Shown here: positions 29,687-39,213 of the stretch, one piece after another | How the letters are laid out: every line of letters starts with the position of its first letter | Numbering within the stretch: position 1 is the first letter of the stretch | Virus record (IMG/VR): IMGVR_UViG_3300010334_000023 | Location: 124,001 to 188,000 of that record | DNA length: 64,000 nt | Reading direction: 5' to 3' (one strand) | Position numbers and translations under genes: made by a program | The notes under the pieces: generated by a model | Told to the model about the DNA's origin: nothing | Databases searched by the model: none | The model's input: the letters and a program-made list of their open reading frames with translations, nothing else

Positions 29687-30581
29687 GATGAACGAATTCG
29701 ACTTTGTGTTCCTAAGCTATGATGAACCCAATGCCGAGATTCTCTATGCTGAGTTGGTGAACAAGGTACCGTGGGCCAAGCGAGTTCATGGTGTGCGCGG
29801 TTTTGACTCAGCACACAGGGCCTGTGCTGACATAGCTGATACTGATTTCTTCGTGACTGTGGACGGCGATAATCGCGTGCATGACAGCTTCCTCAACACC
29901 AAGATAGAGATAAACAATGGGCAAGAAGACCATGCATGGACATGGGCAGGTCGCAATCACGTTAATGGTTTGGTCTATGGCAATGGTGGACTGAAGCTGT
30001 GGAGCAAACAGTTTGTGCGCAGCATGAACAGCCACGAGAACAGCAACAGTGATGCTGGCAAGGTTGACTTCTGTTGGAACATGAGATACCACGAAGTGTT
30101 TGGCACACACAGCACCAGCATGATCAATGCCAGCCCCTATCAGGCCTGGCGAGCTGGTTATCGCGAAGGCGTGAAGATGAGCCTAGAGACTGGACGCAAG
30201 GTTCCATATCAGGATTTTAGCAGGAAGATCTGGATCTATAATCTCCACAAGCTGCTGATCTGGTGCAGTGTTGGAGCTGACGTGGAGAACGGCATATGGA
30301 GCATGCTGGGTGCTAGGCAGGGCGCACACGACTGCAATCTCACAGATGACGATCACACCAAGATCAGTGACTATGGTTGGTTTGAAGAGAAATGGCACAG
30401 CACCAAGGACTGTGATCCGCAAGCACAGTGCCTCATGCTAGGGCAGCTGCTGAGGCAGAAACTTGGCATAGAGATAGCTGACTTAGATGCTGATCAAAGC
30501 AGATTCCACAAGCGCATATACATAAATCCACCCAGGCCCATGGTCAGCTATGAGCAGATCAAACATCTATCGGCAGTCTGA
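29676..30581 (+). CDS. Glycosyltransferase-like protein (SYDEPN / VDGDN family), paralog 1
   Basis: FLSYDEPNAE...RVHGVRGFDSAHRACA...FVTVDGDN (GT-A-like DxD); YGNGGLKLW; WRAGYREGVKM. Confidence 0.65.
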   Translation: MLHEMNEFDFVFLSYDEPNAEILYAELVNKVPWAKRVHGVRGFDSAHRACADIADTDFFVTVDGDNRVHDSFLNTKIEINNGQEDHAWTWAGRNHVNGLVYGNGGLKLWSKQFVRSMNSHENSNSDAGKVDFCWNMRYHEVFGTHSTSMINASPYQAWRAGYREGVKMSLETGRKVPYQDFSRKIWIYNLHKLLIWCSVGADVENGIWSMLGARQGAHDCNLTDDDHTKISDYGWFEEKWHSTKDCDPQAQCLMLGQLLRQKLGIEIADLDADQSRFHKRIYINPPRPMVSYEQIKHLSAV

Positions 30582-32428
30582 TGTTTGACATCTTTTTCGT
30601 GAGCCGACATCCCAGCGATCGTTCACTTCACTCTGAGTTCTGCAGGCGTTTTCCGGCTGCTATGCTGCTGCGAGGTCAGGACAACGTCTGTGATGTGATC
30701 AACTCTGCGAGGACTCGCAGCCTAACCAGCATGTATTGGTTGGTAACTGATGATGCGATTCTGCCAGATGAAATGGATCTAACTTGGAAACCAGAAACCT
30801 GGGACAGCCACTATCCGCACCATTGGCCAACAGCAGACCAACTTGACGAGTCTGGTAAAGAATTCTCTGGGGCCTATCTCATGCCAAGGTCTTATAGACC
30901 AACCGCTGAAGAGCTATCATCTGGCATACTGCGCGAAGTCAAACATATGACAGGTCATCTGACAGTCAGACCCTATGACATTGTCTTAGCCAGCCGGCAT
31001 AGCAAGAACTATCAGGCATTTGAGGATTTTGCTCTGCGATATCCCAAAGCCAACTATCTGCCAGACCAGACCAGCATTGAATCAGCAGTGGCTGAAAGCA
31101 AGGAGATCTGCCGTACACGCATGTATTGGTTGATCACCGATGATGTGTTCCTACCTGATGAGCTTGATCTCAGCTGGAGACCTCCGGTCTGGGATCGGAT
31201 CTATACACATGTTTGGCCAACGCAGCCTACTTCGGATCCGCAATCATGCGGGTCGTCTGGTGTTTACCTCATTCCATGCAGCGTTGAACGAGATTTCCTC
31301 GATCAGTGCAAGCATGTACCAGCTCCGAGCTGTTCAGTGATACCCTATGATCGCATCATGAGCCTCAGCACCACATCTGATCCCTGTGACAAGGTAGTGC
31401 ATAACAACGATCTTTTTGATGCATGCGTACAAGCCAAGGAGCTAGCTGTCACGGAGATGCATTGGCTGGCGCTGGGAGACATAAACATATTGCCAGATTT
31501 TGATCTCAGCTGGAGACCAGCAGAATGGGACCGTGACTATGTTCACATATGGCCAACCATAGGTCTGGACGGTCAGATAACCTATGAACAGGAAGGTATC
31601 TATCTCATACCAGGTGATCACACGCCTCGAGCTTCTAGGTCTGGAAGCTATCTAGGTCGCAGCAAGACCATGGATCAGCCTGCTGCTATACAGCTGCCAT
31701 TTGACATATTCTTCATCAGCTACGACGAAAGCTATGCTGAAGAAAACTGGCAGGATCTGGTTGAGCGATATCCTAGGGCCAAGAGGGTCCATGGAATCAA
31801 GGGTATACACAACGCACATCGATGCTGCGCCGGTCAGTCGCGTACCAGCATGTTCTATACCGTTGATGCAGACACGGTGTGCAGTTCCGGCTGGGATTTC
31901 AGCTATCGTCCTCCAAGGCACGACAGGGATTATCTACATGTTTGGTACAGTGAGAATCCCGTGAATGGTCTCTGCTATGGCTGGGGCAGCATCAAGCTGT
32001 GGCCCAAGATGGCAGTGCTGGAGTTTGATCAAAACTGGTTGGATTTCACTACTACAGTGGGCAACATCAAGGTAATACCAGAGACCGTAGCCGAGACCAG
32101 ATATAACAGGGATCAGCTCACTACTTGGCGCAGCGCCTTCCGTGAGAGCGTGAAGCTATGCCAGAACGTGGCCATGGGTGAAACTGGAGAAAGCCTGGAT
32201 AGGCTGCTGGTATGGCTGAACGCTGACAGTGCCGCAGACTGGTCTGATGACAGCAGGCAGGGTGCTGCCGATGGCCTGAGATTCTATCAGGAGTCGCAGG
32301 ACTCGTCTGACACACCTCTGACACTGATCAATGATTTTGATTGGCTCGCAGATAGATTCAATAATCGCATTAGAGACCTGGACGACTTTGATCGAGATGA
32401 TCTGCTGGACCTGCTGGGAACGGATTGA
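30581..32428 (+). CDS. Multidomain glycosyltransferase-like protein: three degenerate repeats plus one complete SYDE/VDAD domain
   Basis: Three copies of T.M[YH]WL...D...LP...DL.W.P..WD..Y.H.WPT, then FISYDESYAE...RVHGIKGIHNAH...TVDAD...WRSAFRE. Confidence 0.65.
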   Translation: MFDIFFVSRHPSDRSLHSEFCRRFPAAMLLRGQDNVCDVINSARTRSLTSMYWLVTDDAILPDEMDLTWKPETWDSHYPHHWPTADQLDESGKEFSGAYLMPRSYRPTAEELSSGILREVKHMTGHLTVRPYDIVLASRHSKNYQAFEDFALRYPKANYLPDQTSIESAVAESKEICRTRMYWLITDDVFLPDELDLSWRPPVWDRIYTHVWPTQPTSDPQSCGSSGVYLIPCSVERDFLDQCKHVPAPSCSVIPYDRIMSLSTTSDPCDKVVHNNDLFDACVQAKELAVTEMHWLALGDINILPDFDLSWRPAEWDRDYVHIWPTIGLDGQITYEQEGIYLIPGDHTPRASRSGSYLGRSKTMDQPAAIQLPFDIFFISYDESYAEENWQDLVERYPRAKRVHGIKGIHNAHRCCAGQSRTSMFYTVDADTVCSSGWDFSYRPPRHDRDYLHVWYSENPVNGLCYGWGSIKLWPKMAVLEFDQNWLDFTTTVGNIKVIPETVAETRYNRDQLTTWRSAFRESVKLCQNVAMGETGESLDRLLVWLNADSAADWSDDSRQGAADGLRFYQESQDSSDTPLTLINDFDWLADRFNNRIRDLDDFDRDDLLDLLGTD

Positions 32429-32429
32429 G

Positions 32430-33119
32430 ATGTATGACATAGTTTTTATCAGCTACGAAGAATCAAATGCTGCTGCTAATTGGCAGCTGCTCAAGGACAG
32501 ATTTCCTGCTGCCAAGAGGTTGCATGGCATCACAGGGCTTCATCAAGCACACATCACGGCTGCTAACATGGCCCAGACTGACATGTTTTATGTGGTAGAT
32601 GGTGATGCTGTGATTGAACCCGACTTTGTTTTTGACCACGTGGTTCCGGAACATCAACTGGATCATGTGCATGTGTTCCGTGCTAGGAATCCAATCAATG
32701 ACCTAGTCTACGGCTACGGTGCTGTAAAGCTACTGCCAGTGGCCGAGGTCAAGCGATTGGTGGAGAGAGACTTCAAACCGGACATGACCAGCAGCATCAA
32801 TCGCAAGTACAAGATCATACATCAGCTATCAAATGTCACAGCGTTTAACACTGATCCCTACAACACTTGGCGCAGCGCTTTCAGAGAATGTGCCAAGCTG
32901 GCCAGCGGCGTCATAGATGGGCAGGTTAACATCGAGACAGAGCAGAGACTAGAGATTTGGTGCACCAAAGGCAGTGGCAGGGACTATGGCTATTGGTGTC
33001 TGCTTGGTGCGCAGGCCGGCAGGCAGTTTGGCCTGGACAGCCGAGGCACTGATCAGCTGATGAAGATCAACGATTGGACATGGCTTCGCCAGAGATACGA
33101 GGAGAGCGGACTGAAATGA
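32430..33119 (+). CDS. Glycosyltransferase-like protein (SYEE / VDGD family), paralog 3
   Basis: MYDIVFISYEESNA...RLHGITGLHQAH...VVDGDA...YGYGAVKL...WRSAFRECAKL. Confidence 0.65.
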   Translation: MYDIVFISYEESNAAANWQLLKDRFPAAKRLHGITGLHQAHITAANMAQTDMFYVVDGDAVIEPDFVFDHVVPEHQLDHVHVFRARNPINDLVYGYGAVKLLPVAEVKRLVERDFKPDMTSSINRKYKIIHQLSNVTAFNTDPYNTWRSAFRECAKLASGVIDGQVNIETEQRLEIWCTKGSGRDYGYWCLLGAQAGRQFGLDSRGTDQLMKINDWTWLRQRYEESGLK

Positions 33120-33985
33120 GCGAGTATTGGCCCAGAGATATAGATGCTTTCTACATCAGCTATGACGAACCAAACTGCGAAGACAACTGGGCCAGGGTGC
33201 TGGACATGCTACCTCAAGCCAAGCGCACGCACGGAGTCAAGGGATTTGATGCTGCACACAAGGCCTGTGCCGAGGCCAGCCAGACAGAGAGATTCCTCAC
33301 CATTGATGGTGATAACTGGCTGTTGGCTGACGGATTAGACACAAAGCTAGACGACACTGGAATGGAAGACGTGGTCTTCAGCTTCAAGAGCAGGAATGCG
33401 GTCAATGGTCTTGAATATGGTAACGGAGGTCTAAAATGCTGGCGCAGAGATGTGTTGCTGGCTAGCAACACACATGAGAGCAGCGACAACACAGACTTCT
33501 GCTGGGATCTGCGCTACTATCAAGTTGATGTGTTGAGCAGCATTGGCGTTAACAACGCCACGCCTTACCAGGCTTGGCGAGCCGGTTATCGCGAAGGCGT
33601 GAAGATGAGCTATGTGAATGGCAAACCCATGTCTGATCCAATCGCCGATCGCAAGCTGATAGCTCACAGTAACCATAGCAAGCTGCAGATATGGATGACC
33701 TTGGGCAGGGACGTGACCAACGGAGCATGGGCCATGCTGGGAGCAAGGCAAGGCTTCTGCGATCTCTATAGCGGTACCATAGGCAACACTGTGATCAATG
33801 ACTATGATTGGTTCGCAGAGAAATGGAAGAAGATCCAACACCTCAACACAGATGCTGCGCTATCTCAGCATGCTCGCAGACTTCGAGACGAGTTTGATTT
33901 TTTCGTTCCGGAACTTGATCAACTGACCAGCCAGTGGTTCAAGAAAACCTATGTGCATCCGCAGCGACGAGGTCTGATGCTATGA
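33116..33985 (+). CDS. Glycosyltransferase-like protein (SYDEPN / IDGDN family), paralog 4
   Basis: YISYDEPNCE...HGVKGFDAAHKACA...TIDGDN...YGNGGLKCW...WRAGYREGVKM; ATGA overlap with upstream stop. Confidence 0.65.
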   Translation: MSEYWPRDIDAFYISYDEPNCEDNWARVLDMLPQAKRTHGVKGFDAAHKACAEASQTERFLTIDGDNWLLADGLDTKLDDTGMEDVVFSFKSRNAVNGLEYGNGGLKCWRRDVLLASNTHESSDNTDFCWDLRYYQVDVLSSIGVNNATPYQAWRAGYREGVKMSYVNGKPMSDPIADRKLIAHSNHSKLQIWMTLGRDVTNGAWAMLGARQGFCDLYSGTIGNTVINDYDWFAEKWKKIQHLNTDAALSQHARRLRDEFDFFVPELDQLTSQWFKKTYVHPQRRGLML

Positions 33986-34743
33986 TCAAGTCTCCTCCTA
34001 GGAGATTGATACGATCGCTGCTGGGACACCTAGACCAGGAGGGTCTGTCTCTGCCTCTGTTGCGGTTCATGCTAGGCAACTTTGACAGCTATGATGATCA
34101 CTTGGTCATGCTCAAGCAGGTCATGGCAGTGTCGCAGCTGGATACTGAGCTGGTTGGCAAAGATGCATGGAGCGAAGGTCAGCTGCTGAGCAAGCATTGG
34201 CTGTGCGAACAGCTATCAAACCTGGACAAGAACCTCGGAGAGATATGGATAGCCTGTGGATGGATAGGATCTCTGGCTTTGATGATCGACTGTTATAGAC
34301 CACATCTGCGTTTCAAGAGCCTGCGCAGCTTTGATATTGACAGTCGCTGCGCTGATCTAGCTGACGCGCTTAACAAGCGCATGCTGCTGGATGATTGGCG
34401 TTTCAAGGCCAGCACTGCTGACGTGAACGATCTCACCTACGATGACCACCTGTGGCTCACCAGCAGGTCACAGAATAGGACTGAGCGCATGGTTGGAACC
34501 GCAGACACCGTGATCAATACCAGCTGTGAACATCTAGCTGATTTTGACTTTTGGTTTGGTCGCATACCAACCGGAAAGCTCGTGGTGCTTCAATGTAGCA
34601 ATCACGACAGCTATGCCGGACATGTCAATCACATGGACAGCATGACTGAGCTGGCCATGAGAGCTCGATGCCGCCGCATCATGTACAAGGGCACGCTGGA
34701 CTGCGGGCCCTACCAGCGCCACATGTTGATAGGAGTGAAATGA
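33982..34743 (+). CDS. Class I SAM-dependent methyltransferase-like protein
   Basis: IACGWIG (motif I-like), RSFDID, DTVINTSCEH, GKLVVLQ; ATGA overlap. Confidence 0.65.
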   Translation: MIKSPPRRLIRSLLGHLDQEGLSLPLLRFMLGNFDSYDDHLVMLKQVMAVSQLDTELVGKDAWSEGQLLSKHWLCEQLSNLDKNLGEIWIACGWIGSLALMIDCYRPHLRFKSLRSFDIDSRCADLADALNKRMLLDDWRFKASTADVNDLTYDDHLWLTSRSQNRTERMVGTADTVINTSCEHLADFDFWFGRIPTGKLVVLQCSNHDSYAGHVNHMDSMTELAMRARCRRIMYKGTLDCGPYQRHMLIGVK

Positions 34744-36020
34744 ACATGCGATTGAACGACAAGGAACTGCTGGTCAAGATCAAGAACGATAACCGTTTGC
34801 TTGAATTTAGGCATCTACTGACAGCTGAGGACCGAGCAACATTTGCAGACGTGTACAAGTGGTCGCCTGCTCTCATCGGCATATTAGCCAGTGACCATAG
34901 CTTCTTCGCACTGCTCAACAGGTTAAATCCAAACGATCGCAAAGCGATTGGGTTAGTCTGCGTTTGGTCTCCAGAGTTGATAGGAATATTGGCCAGCGAC
35001 CAGAGCGGAATCTTTGCGCTGCTGAAAAGGTTAGATCAGACCGATCGCAAAGCGGTTGGGTCAGTCTGTGCTTGGTCTCCGGAGTTGATAGGAATATTAG
35101 CCAGCGATTACAGCATCTTTGTGCTGCTTAACAAGCTAGATCAGACCGATCGCAGAGCTCTAGCGTCAGTCTGTGATTGGTCTTCCGCACTAATTGGTAT
35201 CATGACCAAGAACGAACATGCACCGCTATCTTGGTTGAATAAGCTCAGCCGAAGCGAACTTGATGGTTGCCGAGATGTCTGGAACTGGCCCATTTATATT
35301 CTAGACAGGCTCTATGTTGAACCTCAGCACATCTTGCCCTTCTATTACATGTGGGACCTAGTTGCTGATCATGCCGAGTTCATCAAGAACTATTTCCAAA
35401 TAAACGATAACCAACTATATGACAAAAACCACATGATAGATGCTTGGTCGCGAGGACAGGTCAACAGCAAGGCTTGGCTATGCGCCACGGCTGCTATACT
35501 TGGCATCAAACTTGGCAAAACCTGGGTACTCTGCGGATGGCTAGGAACGTTGAGCTATTTTATGTTGGTACGTAGGCAACAGCTGGGAATCACACACATA
35601 CGTAGCTTTGACATAAACCCCGATTGCTGCCAACTAGCTGATATACTAAACAAGAATTTTGTCAAGGATGGGTGGAAGTTCAAAGCCACAACACTTGATG
35701 TCAACAGTCTGTCATATGACAATTTTTGTTATCAGACAGTGAAGCACGACGGTACCTTGATAAATGCTCTCGGATCAGCTGATACCATCATTAACACCAG
35801 CTGCGATCACATGGGAGAAGATAAGACCTGGTGGGATCGCATACCAAATGGTAAGTTGGTAATACTACAGAACAATGATTGGCATGAGAATGACCAACAC
35901 AACAATAGCGTGAAGGATTTAAGTGAGTTCAAGAGACATTATCCAATGAGCGAATTGCTTTATGAAGGGGAACTAGACTGTATATTGTATACGAGATTCA
36001 TGCTCATAGGACGCAAATGA
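34740..36020 (+). CDS. Class I methyltransferase-like paralog with N-terminal tandem helical repeats
   Basis: VLCGWLG, RSFDIN, DTIINTSCDH, GKLVILQ; AGGAG RBS and ATGA overlap at 34740. Confidence 0.65.
   Translation: MNMRLNDKELLVKIKNDNRLLEFRHLLTAEDRATFADVYKWSPALIGILASDHSFFALLNRLNPNDRKAIGLVCVWSPELIGILASDQSGIFALLKRLDQTDRKAVGSVCAWSPELIGILASDYSIFVLLNKLDQTDRRALASVCDWSSALIGIMTKNEHAPLSWLNKLSRSELDGCRDVWNWPIYILDRLYVEPQHILPFYYMWDLVADHAEFIKNYFQINDNQLYDKNHMIDAWSRGQVNSKAWLCATAAILGIKLGKTWVLCGWLGTLSYFMLVRRQQLGITHIRSFDINPDCCQLADILNKNFVKDGWKFKATTLDVNSLSYDNFCYQTVKHDGTLINALGSADTIINTSCDHMGEDKTWWDRIPNGKLVILQNNDWHENDQHNNSVKDLSEFKRHYPMSELLYEGELDCILYTRFMLIGRK
34860..35205 (+). repeat. Intragenic tandem repeat of 105-108 bp (35-36 aa), about three copies
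   Basis: Units start at 34905, 35013 and 35118: F.LL.[RK]L...DR[KR]A...VC.WS..LIGI. Confidence 0.85.
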
Positions 36021-36262
36021 TCACAGACCTAACTCTGCTATCAACAAGACAGCTGCAGACCGAAGCAGCTCGTGCCCTGTCAGCTGGTGATGGTTTTGGG
36101 AATCATGACTTGGTGAGATTCAACAAGGCAGCACATCATGACAGCCATGCTTGGTATCGCGCGGTGATAGAATGGTACGTGAGCGTTCACGGTGATCTGC
36201 CCAGCAGGGTTGGTCCAGGCATGACAGTGAAGCTGCTGGTGGAGGATGAACATGATCTATGA
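36017..36262 (+). CDS. Small hypothetical protein
   Basis: ATGA overlap upstream; overlaps the radical-SAM gene downstream. Confidence 0.6.
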   Translation: MITDLTLLSTRQLQTEAARALSAGDGFGNHDLVRFNKAAHHDSHAWYRAVIEWYVSVHGDLPSRVGPGMTVKLLVEDEHDL

Positions 36263-37352
36263 TTACTCTGAGATTACTAGCGTGCACCTCGAACTTACCA
36301 GCAAGTGCAATGCCAGCTGTCCCATGTGCGCACGCAACAAGTTTGGCGGGCCAGAGAATGAGTTCCTGCCTCAAGCAGAACTGAGCCTGACTGATATACA
36401 GCGCATCATGCCCGAGGCATTCGTGAGGCAGCTGAGCAGGCTCTACATGTGCGGCAACTATGGAGATCCCATCGTGGCCAATGACATGCTGGAAGTCTAT
36501 CAGTGGCTGCGCAAGGTCAATCCCAGCATCAAGCTGGGACTGCACACCAATGGTGGTGCCAGGACTCCCACATGGTGGAGCAATCTGGGCATTGTGCTCA
36601 GTGCCAAGGGCGATTACGTGAAGTTTGGCATAGATGGCTTGGAGGATACCAACCACATCTATAGGCGCGGTACCAACTGGTCCAAGATCATGGACAATGC
36701 CAAGGCCTTCATAGCTGCAGGCGGTATTGCCCAGTGGGAATACATCGTGTTCAAGCACAACGAACATCAGGTGGATGAAGCCCGTGCGCTGAGCGAGCAG
36801 CTGGGCTTCGCACAGTTCCGCACCAAGAAGACAGGTCGCTTCTTCAGCAACACTAGGTTACAAGGCAAGGACAGCCAAGAGGTATGGAACCGCAATGGCA
36901 TGGTGGAGTATCTCTTGGAGAAACCAACCAACGAGCTCTATCACAATGACAGCTTGATCAAGGAACAGAGCCTGGTGGACCGCTTTGGCAGCATGCAGGC
37001 CTACGTGGATCAAACCTGCGTGAAGTGCAAGGTTGGCGAGGAAAAGAGCCTGTACATCTCAGCAGAAGGTCTGGCATTTCCTTGCTGTTGGACGGCTAAC
37101 CAGCTGTATGTTTGGTATTGGCCCCACAAGCAGAGCGAGATGTGGACGCTGCTGGATCATGACACTCACAACGTGAACGCCCTGGAAAACACACTAGAAT
37201 CTATAATAAATGGTCCATATTTCAATAAGATAGCTGATAGCTGGTCAAAACCCAGCATCAGTGATGGCAAGCTGAGAGTATGTGCCAAAACCTGCGGAAC
37301 TGGGTTCGATCAGTTCGCTAGCCAATTCACGGAAGCTGTAAATAGATCATGA
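36246..37352 (+). CDS. Radical SAM protein with C-terminal SPASM/twitch-like Cys domain
   Basis: CNASCPMC (CX3CX2C), GNYGDP, HTNGG, GIDGL; C-terminal CKV...YISAEG.AFPCC...CAKTC. Confidence 0.9.
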   Translation: MNMIYDYSEITSVHLELTSKCNASCPMCARNKFGGPENEFLPQAELSLTDIQRIMPEAFVRQLSRLYMCGNYGDPIVANDMLEVYQWLRKVNPSIKLGLHTNGGARTPTWWSNLGIVLSAKGDYVKFGIDGLEDTNHIYRRGTNWSKIMDNAKAFIAAGGIAQWEYIVFKHNEHQVDEARALSEQLGFAQFRTKKTGRFFSNTRLQGKDSQEVWNRNGMVEYLLEKPTNELYHNDSLIKEQSLVDRFGSMQAYVDQTCVKCKVGEEKSLYISAEGLAFPCCWTANQLYVWYWPHKQSEMWTLLDHDTHNVNALENTLESIINGPYFNKIADSWSKPSISDGKLRVCAKTCGTGFDQFASQFTEAVNRS

Positions 37353-38743
37353 CCAACCAATTACCAAGTGACACTTTCTGCGCTCTACCCTGGGTGCATC
37401 TCAGCAGCCGACCAGATGGAACCATGCGCGTCTGCTGCACAGCCAACGCCAGCAGCGTGCAGGATCCAGACAGCACCAAGAAGCTGAGCGGTGGACAGAT
37501 AGGCGTGCTGCGCACTGCTGATGGCACTCCTGCTAACCTCAACAACACCACGCTGATGGACGCATGGAACAATGATTACATGCGCAACGTGCGCAAGATG
37601 ATGCTCAGGGGCGAACAGCCTCCCAGCTGTGTGAAATGCTACAAGGAAGAATCTTCTGGTGTGCAGAGCAAGCGCAACTGGGAGACTCGCTACTGGGTTG
37701 AGCAGCTGGGATTGGATGACATCATAGGTGATACCACCGAGGATGGCGAAGTCAGCCCGAGAATACGCTATCTTGATCTGCGCCTGGGCAGCAAGTGCCA
37801 GCTGGCCTGCGTGATGTGTAGCCCGCATGACAGCAGCGGTTGGATCAAGGAATGGACAGAAATCTATCCACAGATAACCAATGACCGACTCAAGCAGAGC
37901 TGGGGCTGGGCTGACAAAGGCAAGCAGCACGGCGCTAGCTACAACTGGCATCTCAACAATCCTGTTTTCTGGGATCAGCTCTACGATCAGATACCTCACA
38001 TGAAGCAGCTGTATTTCGCAGGCGGTGAGAGCACCATCATCGAAGAACACTACACGCTGCTGGAGGAGGTCATACGCCGCGGCTATGCCCCGCAGATAGA
38101 GCTTAGGTACAACAGCAATGCAGTTGAGCTGCCACAGCGTCTGTTCGACTGCTGGAGCCAGTTCCGAGAAGTCAAGTTCCACTTCAGCGTGGACTGCATA
38201 GGTGCCAAGAATGAATATATTCGCTATCCCAGCAACTGGGATAACATGGTCACTCACATGCATCTGTTGGATCAGACTCCCAACATCATAGTGACCACTG
38301 CTGTCACGGTAATGGCACTCAACATCTATTACCTGCCAGACGTGATCAAGTGGAAGCTCACGCAAGGGTTCGTGAAGTTCAACGAATGGCCCAGCGGCGG
38401 TGGCATGATCAACTGGCATCTAGCCTATTGGCCTCCTCAGCTCAACGTCAAGGTGCTGCCCAAGTGGGCCAAACAGATGGTGCGAGCCAAGTTTGAAGAG
38501 CTGTTCGTTTGGTTGGAAGATAATTGGCAGCTGTGCACCGGACTGCCAGAAGGCATGGACAAACACACCGTGCTGAACACTGGATACGGTATAAAGAGAT
38601 TACGCAGCCTATTGGATTTCATGGACAAGGAAGATTGGAGCGAGCGCATGCCTGAGCTCAGGGAATGGATACGAGTCCTTGACAAGACACGCGGATTGGA
38701 TTTCAAAGCCACTTTCCCTGAGATGAGTGGGCTCTTAGATTGA
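37349..38743 (+). CDS. Radical SAM protein with N-terminal twitch/SPASM-like domain
   Basis: N-terminal FCALPW...DG.MRVCC...CVKC; core CQLACVMC, FAGGE, YNSN, FSVD. Confidence 0.9.
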   Translation: MTNQLPSDTFCALPWVHLSSRPDGTMRVCCTANASSVQDPDSTKKLSGGQIGVLRTADGTPANLNNTTLMDAWNNDYMRNVRKMMLRGEQPPSCVKCYKEESSGVQSKRNWETRYWVEQLGLDDIIGDTTEDGEVSPRIRYLDLRLGSKCQLACVMCSPHDSSGWIKEWTEIYPQITNDRLKQSWGWADKGKQHGASYNWHLNNPVFWDQLYDQIPHMKQLYFAGGESTIIEEHYTLLEEVIRRGYAPQIELRYNSNAVELPQRLFDCWSQFREVKFHFSVDCIGAKNEYIRYPSNWDNMVTHMHLLDQTPNIIVTTAVTVMALNIYYLPDVIKWKLTQGFVKFNEWPSGGGMINWHLAYWPPQLNVKVLPKWAKQMVRAKFEELFVWLEDNWQLCTGLPEGMDKHTVLNTGYGIKRLRSLLDFMDKEDWSERMPELREWIRVLDKTRGLDFKATFPEMSGLLD

Positions 38744-38777
38744 GGTAAACGATCATGCAATTTGGACTGCCTGGAAC

Positions 38778-38785
38778 CATAAATA
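38778..38785 (+). promoter_or_regulatory. Late promoter CATAAATA
   Basis: Intergenic, upstream of ATG 38815. Confidence 0.6.
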
Positions 38786-38814
38786 GTAGCGTAAGTTCAC
38801 ATGGGATCACTGTA

Positions 38815-39183
38815 ATGGCAAGTTCCCCCAAGAAGCCAGTTGATAAAGCCGCTGATGCGGTCTGGGAAGACATATTCAACAATCTTACCATTGAGAACGA
38901 ACCTCCCACTAGATACATCAAGAGCGTGATCATACAGACCAAAGACGGGTCAGTGCTCAAGGTAAGTGGTCGAAGCTTTGCTGAGATCATAGAGCAAGAA
39001 CGCCATCTCTCTCCTGGACAGAGCGAGATATACAGCTGCAGGATGACCATCAATTTTCCCAAGCTGCGTGCGGATGTGGAAACATGGTGCGGTGATCTGT
39101 TTACCGAGTTAAACACATCTGACAGCTACAAGGTGACGGTTAAATCCAAGCGCAAAGCTGCCAAGAAGACAAAGCATGATTGA
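38815..39183 (+). CDS. Hypothetical protein
   Basis: ATG after late promoter; basic C-terminus. Confidence 0.6.
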   Translation: MASSPKKPVDKAADAVWEDIFNNLTIENEPPTRYIKSVIIQTKDGSVLKVSGRSFAEIIEQERHLSPGQSEIYSCRMTINFPKLRADVETWCGDLFTELNTSDSYKVTVKSKRKAAKKTKHD

Positions 39184-39208
39184 CTAGTTTCTACGGATTA
39201 GTCATACT
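39180..39208 (+). promoter_or_regulatory. Sigma70-type promoter TTGACT-N17-CATACT, 5 nt before the thyX ATG (leaderless geometry)
   Basis: Direct sequence; no Shine-Dalgarno between -10 and ATG. Confidence 0.6.
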
Positions 39209-39213
39209 ATATC

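Noticed and set aside
37385-38419. 344-aa minus-strand ORF, and similar long antisense ORFs such as 4411..5289, 36120..36767, 44354..44980 and 46249..46863
   Set aside because: They lie opposite well-supported genes, have no motifs or RBS, and are expected from codon bias
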